Positions 1 through 6,402 of a DNA stretch of 15,976 nucleotides are shown here, one piece after another. Source of the DNA: Abditibacteriaceae bacterium. GTDB lineage: Bacteria; Armatimonadota; Abditibacteriia; Abditibacteriales; Abditibacteriaceae. The stretch covers positions 1 through 15,976 of the forward strand of contig JANMKN010000391.1 of NCBI GenBank assembly GCA_031372065.1, read 5' to 3'. Each line of letters starts with the position of its first letter. The stretch's first letter is position 1. The notes under the pieces are model-generated. The model searched no databases. It saw only the letters and a list, made by a program, of their open reading frames with translations, and was not told where the DNA came from. The position numbers were made by a program, and so were the translations under genes.

Positions 1-2
1 CT

Positions 3-233
3 AAAGAGAAATCTGGGTTTTTTCAAGAGAAATCCAGATTTCCCTTGAAAAAAGCCACTTTCTTCAAAGGAAATCCAGACTGCGCTTTGGGAAATCTGGC
101 TTGCTCCAAGAGAAATCCAGCTTGCGCTTTGAGAAATCTGGCTGACTCAAAGCGACAGCGACTTTCCCGAAAGGGAATCCAGCTTTCTTCAAGGGAAATC
201 CAGATTTCCCTTGAAGAAAGCTGGATTTCTCTT
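3..233. repeat. Degenerate ~21-bp-period tandem array (about 11 units, core GAAATC(C/T)(A/G)G) containing two fold-back palindromes; may continue beyond the left window edge
   Basis: The core AAATC or a degenerate equivalent recurs at 9, 30, 51, 71, 92, 113, 134, 155, 175, 196 and 217 (steps of 21, twice 20). There is a perfect 25-bp inverted repeat at 176-200/203-227 with a CA loop and a 17-bp inverted repeat with one mismatch at 18-34/37-53, also with a CA loop. Confidence 0.9.
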
Positions 234-307
234 AAGATTGGGGCCATTTTGCGCCGTTTTGCGTAAAAAGGGCGACAGTTCAGGTCTTTTTATCTTCGCT
301 GCAAATG

Positions 308-1729
308 CTATGGCGTATACGACACGGTGCCCGACGCGTCGGTTTTGTAATTCCAACGCGCGATATATTTTTCGCCGGGCAGAAAATCGTCGTTTTGCTC
401 TTTTAATTTGCGATCCAGCAGCCAATCCATCTGTTTTTGCAGCGCCGCGCTTTGCGGCAGATTGACCAGATTATTCAATTGATACGGGTCTTTTTCGTTG
501 TCGAACAAGAGCCACGGGCCATTTAAATCGCGCACAAACGTGGTTTTTGGGGTGCGAACGCCGCGATATTCGCGCCCGCCGTTTTGCCTTGTGTATTCGC
601 CAAAAGGCGAAAGGCAACGAATAACCGTGGCGCCACCTGATGGATCAGCGCCGCCGCGCAGATAATCGGTGAAATCAAAGCCCTCGACAGTTTTGGGAAT
701 CGGCAAATTGCACAAACTCAGCAATGTCGGCATCACATCTTCGGTGTTGATGGTGCCGTTTACGCGGCGCGGCGCGATTTGGAGCGAAGCGGGCAGGCGA
801 AGCAGCATCGGCACGCGCGCCGATTCTTCCCACGGACGCTGTTTGCGCTCCTGACTTTGCGAGTGCAGCATATCGCCGTGATCGGATGTGAAAACCACAA
901 TCGTATTTTGCGCGAGGCCGCTTTCCTCCAGCGCTTTTAAAAGTTGCTGAAACGCATCGTCCAAAGCTGTGCAATGCGCATAATAACCGGCCAATTCGCG
1001 GCGCGCTTTTTCGCGGCGTTCGGGCGGCACATTGGGCGATAATTGAATGTCTTCGGGTTTATATAAATCGCGGTATTTTTGCGGCGCGGTTTCATAGGGA
1101 TTATGCGGCGGCCCCCACGCCAGCCACATCAAAAACGGTTTGTCTTTGCGCGCAGGTTCGCGCAGAAATTTTTCGGCATCGTCGGTTTGCGCGAAGGCAT
1201 CGTAGCCGTCCCATTTCAGTTTTTCAGGGCCATTGCTATAATACGGCGAATTATTGTAAGCGTGCGTGCATTCCAGCACTTTCCAGTAGTCGAAACCTTG
1301 TCGCCGCTCGCGCGGAATAAAAGCCGAGCGGCCATGCCCATCAACGTGCCACTTGCCGATGCACGCCGTATCATAACCCGCCGCTTTGAATTGCTTGGGC
1401 AGCGTCGCGGCATTGGGGTCGAGCGGCACATCGTTCAAAAAAACGCCATGCGTTTGCGGCCTTTGCCCGGTGAGAAGCGAAGCGCGCGTTGGCGAACAAA
1501 CCGGCATTCCCGCGACGGCTTGTGTGAAGTTCACGCACTCTTTTTCAAACGCATCCAAATGTGGCGTTTTGACATTGGCATCGCCCGCAAATCCGAACGC
1601 CTGCGCCCGCCATTGATCGGCAATAACAAACAAAATATTCGGCTTTTGCGCGGCGAAAAGCGGCGTTTGCACCATCAAAAATGCGACGGCAAGCAGCGCA
1701 CCGTAATAGAAGAATTTGACTTTTCTCAT
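308..1729 (-). CDS. Secreted Cys-type (formylglycine-dependent, S1 family) sulfatase
   Basis: 473 aa. N-terminal signal peptide followed by KPNILFVIADQ, the sulfatase signature CSPTRASLLTG (CxPxR), GKWH, PPH and SDHG. Its start overlaps the upstream sulfatase stop (ATGA, 1726-1729). Confidence 0.95.
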   Translation of the reverse strand: MRKVKFFYYGALLAVAFLMVQTPLFAAQKPNILFVIADQWRAQAFGFAGDANVKTPHLDAFEKECVNFTQAVAGMPVCSPTRASLLTGQRPQTHGVFLNDVPLDPNAATLPKQFKAAGYDTACIGKWHVDGHGRSAFIPRERRQGFDYWKVLECTHAYNNSPYYSNGPEKLKWDGYDAFAQTDDAEKFLREPARKDKPFLMWLAWGPPHNPYETAPQKYRDLYKPEDIQLSPNVPPERREKARRELAGYYAHCTALDDAFQQLLKALEESGLAQNTIVVFTSDHGDMLHSQSQERKQRPWEESARVPMLLRLPASLQIAPRRVNGTINTEDVMPTLLSLCNLPIPKTVEGFDFTDYLRGGADPSGGATVIRCLSPFGEYTRQNGGREYRGVRTPKTTFVRDLNGPWLLFDNEKDPYQLNNLVNLPQSAALQKQMDWLLDRKLKEQNDDFLPGEKYIARWNYKTDASGTVSYTP

Positions 1730-3345
1730 GGCCCCTTTTTTGAGTTTGGCGGTGCGGGATATTTTTCCATCAGCGCGGCAGTTTCGTCGGTTTGTTTTTG
1801 CCAGAGCGCGGCCATTTTTTCAACGCGCTCTGGTTGTTGCGCAGCGAGGTTGAGGCTTTCGTTGCGATCTTTGCCTAAATCGTAAAGTTCCCACGGCGCG
1901 TTCTTATCGGCGACAATTTTGTAATCGCCGAGGCGCAGAGCGCGGTTTTCTTCGTGCAGCCACCATAAATAATCGTGTGCCACGCTGTTATCTTTGGCAA
2001 AAGCGGGCAGCAAGCTTTTGCCGGGCGGCACGGGCAGTTTTTCGCCGTTCCATTCACTTAATCTTTGCCCGCCCGTCGCTTCCAAAACCGTTGGCACAAT
2101 ATCTACAACGTGGCCGACATTGCGGCGCAGTTCGCCTTTGGCTTTGATTCCAACGGGCCAATGCACAATGAGCGGCGTGGAAATACCGCCTTCCTGCACC
2201 CACGTTTTATGGCGGCGCAGGGGCGTGTTGCAGGCACTCGAAAAGCCCGGCCCGATAGATAAAAACGTATCTGCTGAACCCATTGGTGCGTTTTGGTCGT
2301 GGCCGTCGCCGCGCACCATCATTTCCGCGCTGGCGCCGTTATCGGATAAGAAAAATATCAGCGTGTTATCGTAGGCGTTCATCTTTTTCAGTTGCGCGAG
2401 GATGCGTCCGATTTCCTGATCCATGCGGTCAATCATGGCGGCGTGAATCGCCATTTTCGTGGCTTGAAAATCTTGCTGCGCGGGCGAAAGTTCCTGCCAC
2501 GGAAGCGGGCGATTGACTTCGTGAGGGCCAAGTTTTGCGATAGCGTCAGGAAATGCATAAGGAGGGCCGATTTCGCGCTCCATTACGGGCAAGGGATTGT
2601 TGATTAAGCCAATTTCAGTTTGTTTTTCCCAGCGCGCCTTCGCTAAGGCATTCCAGCCGCTGCGATATTTGTCTTTGTATTTGGCGATGTCTTCGGGCGG
2701 CGCCTGCAAGGGAAAATGCGGCGCGGTGTAACACAAGTATTGAAAAAACGGTTTATCGGCGTATTTTTGCTGATGCTCGTCCAGATATTTCAGGGCGTAA
2801 TTTGTAATCGCTGTGGTGCTGTAATAAGCGCTGTCTTTCTTGACAGGCGGCAGCTTTTTGCCGTCTTCGGTGTGATTTTGCGGATTGAAATAACGGTCAT
2901 GATCTTCGAGGGAATACGAATGATCGAAACCGGCTTCGAGTTGCCCGCCGTCAATGTGCCATTTGCCCGCATGGTAAGTGCGATAGCCCGCCGGACGCAG
3001 CATCGCGGGCAGAAGCTGCGCCCACGGCGGGCGAACGCCAACACCATCTTTTCGATTCGGCAAATTATCGCGTCGCACTTGCTGCGCGTAATAGCCCGTC
3101 ATTAACGCCGCGCGCGAAGGCCAGCAACGCGCCGTGTTATAAAACTGCGAAAAACGCAAGCCATTATTGGCTAAGGCATCGAGATTGGGTGTGTTGATTT
3201 CGCTACCATAACATCCAGCATCGGAATAGCCCATGTCGTCGGCTAAAATAATCAATACATTTGGCTTCGGTGCAGCTTGCACAATGGTGACTCCTAAAGT
3301 CAGTGCCGACAGGCACATCATGGTTTTGAGTGGCGGCGTGTTCAT
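1726..3345 (-). CDS. Secreted arylsulfatase (Cys-type, S1 family)
   Basis: 539 aa. Signal peptide ending VQA, then KPNVLIILADDMG, the signature CWPSRAALMTG, GKWH, APH and SDNG. The true start could be one of the nearby downstream Met codons. Confidence 0.95.
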   Translation of the reverse strand: MNTPPLKTMMCLSALTLGVTIVQAAPKPNVLIILADDMGYSDAGCYGSEINTPNLDALANNGLRFSQFYNTARCWPSRAALMTGYYAQQVRRDNLPNRKDGVGVRPPWAQLLPAMLRPAGYRTYHAGKWHIDGGQLEAGFDHSYSLEDHDRYFNPQNHTEDGKKLPPVKKDSAYYSTTAITNYALKYLDEHQQKYADKPFFQYLCYTAPHFPLQAPPEDIAKYKDKYRSGWNALAKARWEKQTEIGLINNPLPVMEREIGPPYAFPDAIAKLGPHEVNRPLPWQELSPAQQDFQATKMAIHAAMIDRMDQEIGRILAQLKKMNAYDNTLIFFLSDNGASAEMMVRGDGHDQNAPMGSADTFLSIGPGFSSACNTPLRRHKTWVQEGGISTPLIVHWPVGIKAKGELRRNVGHVVDIVPTVLEATGGQRLSEWNGEKLPVPPGKSLLPAFAKDNSVAHDYLWWLHEENRALRLGDYKIVADKNAPWELYDLGKDRNESLNLAAQQPERVEKMAALWQKQTDETAALMEKYPAPPNSKKGP

Positions 3346-3354
3346 GGGCTTTTA

Positions 3355-3759
3355 TCAGTTTCCTGCGCTGAGGAAGCGCGTTTGGGATTCGATTGTGATT
3401 TCGTTTTGTTGATCTGGCATTACCTGCCCCGCGCTAATGGCATCGGCACGTTTCAATGATTCTTCGGCCAATCGGCGCTCGAAGTTGTTGATGGTTTCCA
3501 AGTTGGCGAGGCGCTCTTCCAATTCTTTCAGGCGCTGCTCGGCAGCCAGTTCGGCTTTGTTATCGTGGCTTTTGTTACTTCTAAACCATACGCCGCAGGT
3601 GCCAACAGAAGCGCCGACAATAACCGCCAAGGGAATCAACGCGCTTTCTGTGATCGCCGCTAAAGGAATGGAAAAAACCATCATGCCCACCGCAGCGCCC
3701 CAGATAATAGCCGTCGTTTTCAAACGAATTTCATCTTTGGGTTCGAGATTTTGTCCCAT
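3355..3759 (-). CDS. Hypothetical two-TM membrane protein with a cytoplasmic coiled coil
   Basis: 134 aa. Two hydrophobic segments followed by the heptad-like RLKELEERLANLETINNFERRLAEE. GGAG lies just upstream of the ATG, and the stop is 9 nt from the sulfatase start. Confidence 0.8.
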   Translation of the reverse strand: MGQNLEPKDEIRLKTTAIIWGAAVGMMVFSIPLAAITESALIPLAVIVGASVGTCGVWFRSNKSHDNKAELAAEQRLKELEERLANLETINNFERRLAEESLKRADAISAGQVMPDQQNEITIESQTRFLSAGN

Positions 3760-3806
3760 GATAAGCTCCGATTTTGAATTAACTTTTAAAATGGTGTCCT
3801 ACTTCT

Positions 3807-4166
3807 TTAGTTCGCCTGACTTTGCCCGCGCATAGTCGGATTCCACAAGAAAAGTTGCAAGCAGCAACTCAGCGCAGCCAATACAGTTACGGCTTTATGC
3901 AATTGAAACCCTTTGCTTATCATGAGAATCAGCGAGACGCTGCTCATAAGCAGCAGGAAGCCAAACAAAAGCCAGCGCGCCGCCGATATTCCCAGCCAAA
4001 TGCCCAGCGATGATACAGTAAAAACCACGCCCGGTATAAGTAGATTCACATTGCTGTGAGTCACACCTTGATAAAGCCCATAAGGGCCAAGCACGCTATA
4101 AAGCAACGTCCAAAACGTAAGCCCCTGCCCTGGCGCCGCAAGACGCACTTCAGATTTTGTGTTCAA
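3807..4166 (-). CDS. Hypothetical membrane protein (about 4 TM, 119 aa)
   Basis: Hydrophobic 3' part of track ORF 3807..4316. The start is re-called at TTG 4164-4166, which overlaps the upstream TGA stop (TTGA coupling) and is preceded by GGAAGG. The longer ORF overlaps the serine hydrolase and is not credible. Confidence 0.65.
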   Translation of the reverse strand: MNTKSEVRLAAPGQGLTFWTLLYSVLGPYGLYQGVTHSNVNLLIPGVVFTVSSLGIWLGISAARWLLFGFLLLMSSVSLILMISKGFQLHKAVTVLAALSCCLQLFLWNPTMRGQSQAN

Positions 4167-5095
4167 TTTGCTGACAATCCTTCCAAAAATAAGCGCACAA
4201 CCGTGGGAATGATTTCTTTTTCGTTTGCCACGCCGGTTGTGAAAACAACAAGCACAAAACGCTGCCCTTGCGGCGTTTCGATATACGCTGCATCGTGGCG
4301 CGCTGTGCTGGTCCATCCGGCTTTGGAATACAGTTTGACACCCGCCATTTCTTGGAGTGCCAAGCCGGAAAAATCCGTCGCTTGCGAATCGCTTTTATTT
4401 TGGACATCGCGTTTGAGAAGTTCCATCATCTCATGGCTGCGCTCCTCCGAAACCCATTGGCCGAGCGCGATTTCAGCTAAAAGGCGTGCTGTGCCATCGG
4501 TTGTCAGTTTGTTGCGGTTTTCGTAATTCGGGCCTAAAAATTGGCGCTCGCGGCCATACGGCCCTTCGTTCCACGTCTTTTGGTTGACATTTAAATTTTC
4601 ATAGCCCAAATCGCGGAAAAAGCGATTGACGATATCCCGTTTTTCACCCCATGCTTTCAATTCGTCGGGCGAAAGTTCGGGGCCGCTGGTGGTTTGCGTC
4701 AGGCAATCGAGAATATAGCCGGTGGCATCGTTCGTCGAATCTACAATCATATCTTTGAGGCCGCGTTGTAGTTCAGGCGAGTCTTTGAGCGTGCCATCTT
4801 CGAGTTGGCGTTGGATGTGCGCCAGATAAAACAATTTGACCACGCTGGCCGGATAAATCGGCTGCGCGCCGTGAAAACTGCCGCTTTTCAAGGTTTTTTG
4901 GCGCAAATCTATCAGCGTAATGGCGAGATTTTCGGCTTTCAAGCCTTTGGCGGCAAACTTTTCCAATGTGGTTTGCGCGGCGGAACTGACCAGTTTTTGC
5001 AAAGGCGGGTCGGGAACAAGAGGTTTTGCCATAACGGGAAAAGTCGCGCCGAAAAGCGCGATAAAAACTCCTATTTTTGAAAAGAAACGAGACAT
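4163..5095 (-). CDS. Secreted serine hydrolase, class A beta-lactamase-related (Beta-lactamase2-type) fold
   Basis: 310 aa. Signal peptide, then penicilloyl-serine motifs in the canonical order: SxxK (PASVVK), SxN (STN) and KTG-like (SKAG), followed by RHDAAYI. Confidence 0.88.
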   Translation of the reverse strand: MSRFFSKIGVFIALFGATFPVMAKPLVPDPPLQKLVSSAAQTTLEKFAAKGLKAENLAITLIDLRQKTLKSGSFHGAQPIYPASVVKLFYLAHIQRQLEDGTLKDSPELQRGLKDMIVDSTNDATGYILDCLTQTTSGPELSPDELKAWGEKRDIVNRFFRDLGYENLNVNQKTWNEGPYGRERQFLGPNYENRNKLTTDGTARLLAEIALGQWVSEERSHEMMELLKRDVQNKSDSQATDFSGLALQEMAGVKLYSKAGWTSTARHDAAYIETPQGQRFVLVVFTTGVANEKEIIPTVVRLFLEGLSAN

Positions 5096-5148
5096 AGAGC
5101 GCAGTATTTGCGAATTCTCAAGAGTTCAACAATAAAAGCGCGGCGTTT

Positions 5149-5157
5149 TGCTAAAAT
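5149..5157 (+). promoter_or_regulatory. Candidate extended -10 promoter (TGcTAAAAT) for the plus-strand operon
   Basis: TG-n-TAAAAT lies in the 73-bp divergent intergenic region, 11 nt before ATG 5169. No SD is visible, so the transcript would be near-leaderless. Motif match only. Confidence 0.4.
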
Positions 5158-5168
5158 TCATTGCGCTC

Positions 5169-5771
5169 ATGAACAAACGCCGCGAAAAAAAGAAGTCGAA
5201 ATTTGGTTTGATTTTGTTGTGTCTGTTGCCGATTGCAGTCATTTCGTTTTTCAATTGGCGCGCGCAACGGGCGCCCGTTGGCGGCGTGGCGTTTAAGCAA
5301 TTGCCCGCCGTCGAACAGGAAAAACGCCGCGAACATTTGGCGCAAGTGGAAAATCAAGTCAAAGACCTGGAACGTAAAGTCAAGAACAACGAAAAAGCGC
5401 CCTTTGAACTGGTTGTCACCGAAGCCGACCTCAACACGTTTTTGCAAGACCGCATCAACACCGATAAATTTCCGATTCGCGAACCGCGCGCCGGATTTTC
5501 GCCGGGGCAAATCACAGTGCAAGGCACCGCCGATTATAAAGGCTTTTCTGCCCCGGCCAGTTTGAGCGGCACGCTGAAAGCGGAAAACGGACAGGCCGCA
5601 TTTCACGCCGATTCGCTGACCATTCAAGGCTTTCCCGCGCCGGGCAGCTTAAAGGAAAAGGCCGAACGAGAAATCAACAAAGTGGCACAGGAACTGACTC
5701 AAGATTCCGTCAATCTGGAAACCATCGCCGTTGAACAAGGGCAAGTTATTCTGCGCGGCACGACGAAATAA
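5169..5771 (+). CDS. Single-TM-anchored hypothetical protein, possibly DUF2993/LmeA-like
   Basis: 200 aa from ATG 5169 (the track uses TTG 5148). Basic N-terminus plus a TM helix, then ELVVTEADLNTFLQ and beta-rich segments. The family assignment is resemblance only. Confidence 0.7.
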   Translation: MNKRREKKKSKFGLILLCLLPIAVISFFNWRAQRAPVGGVAFKQLPAVEQEKRREHLAQVENQVKDLERKVKNNEKAPFELVVTEADLNTFLQDRINTDKFPIREPRAGFSPGQITVQGTADYKGFSAPASLSGTLKAENGQAAFHADSLTIQGFPAPGSLKEKAEREINKVAQELTQDSVNLETIAVEQGQVILRGTTK

Positions 5772-5773
5772 TT

Positions 5774-6391
5774 ATGAATTCCTCCCTTAATTTGCTGGAA
5801 CAGTTGAAAAGCAATTTCACCTTGATGAATTTGATTCTCGTCGCGGTGCGCGTGATATTTATCGCGGTGTTGTTTGAAGGTTTGGCGTGGTGGCTGACGC
5901 GGCGCATTGATGGCATGATTTCGCCGCTGATAACACTGGATTCTCAACGCGAACACAATTGGCGCATCCGTCGCCGCACGTTTTTGCGCCAGACGCCTAA
6001 AACTGTGATTCGCACGCTTTGTTATGTCGGCGCGATGATTGCCGTCTTGAGCATTTTTGAAACCAGCATTTCGCTGTTCTCCGTGCCGATTTTGCCGGTT
6101 TCGATTGTGGTTGGTGCTTTGATTCTCATCTTCGGCGTCGGTGCCATAAGCATGGTTCAAGATGCCGTGCAGTTTTATTCCCTGCTGGCCGACGACGCGA
6201 TTGCTCTGGGCGACATTGTGGAAATAGATTCGCAGCGCGGCACTGTGCAAGGCCTCGTCGAGCGCGTTTCGCCGCGCGGCGCTTATTTGCGCGATAGCAC
6301 GGGTCGTTTTCATTACATCGCTGCGCGCGAAATTCGCCATGTTGTCGTTCACCGCCGCCGCGAAGAAGCCGCGCGTGAAACGGAAGAATAA
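5774..6391 (+). CDS. Short MscS-family mechanosensitive channel-like protein
   Basis: 205 aa. TM helices, a TM3-like GALILIFGVGAISMVQD and a beta-domain pattern (IALGDIVEI...GLVERVSPR...LRDSTGRFHYI). The protein ends right after the beta domain. Confidence 0.75.
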   Translation: MNSSLNLLEQLKSNFTLMNLILVAVRVIFIAVLFEGLAWWLTRRIDGMISPLITLDSQREHNWRIRRRTFLRQTPKTVIRTLCYVGAMIAVLSIFETSISLFSVPILPVSIVVGALILIFGVGAISMVQDAVQFYSLLADDAIALGDIVEIDSQRGTVQGLVERVSPRGAYLRDSTGRFHYIAAREIRHVVVHRRREEAARETEE

Positions 6392-6402
6392 CAAGGCTGC
6401 GA

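Noticed and set aside
3..233. CRISPR array
   Set aside because: The units are contiguous and degenerate with a 21-bp period. There is no constant repeat with unique spacers and no cas gene in the window.
23..465. Short ORFs over the left repeat (23..247 -, 45..266 +, 189..425 -, 211..465 +)
   Set aside because: They arise from the stop-poor repeat or overlap the sulfatase. The 20-bp steps shift the heptapeptide frame and no RBS is evident.
1079..1885. 268-aa plus-strand ORF, and similar long antisense ORFs such as 5699..6394 and 13613..14380
   Set aside because: These are shadow ORFs antisense to well-supported genes, with no recognisable motifs.
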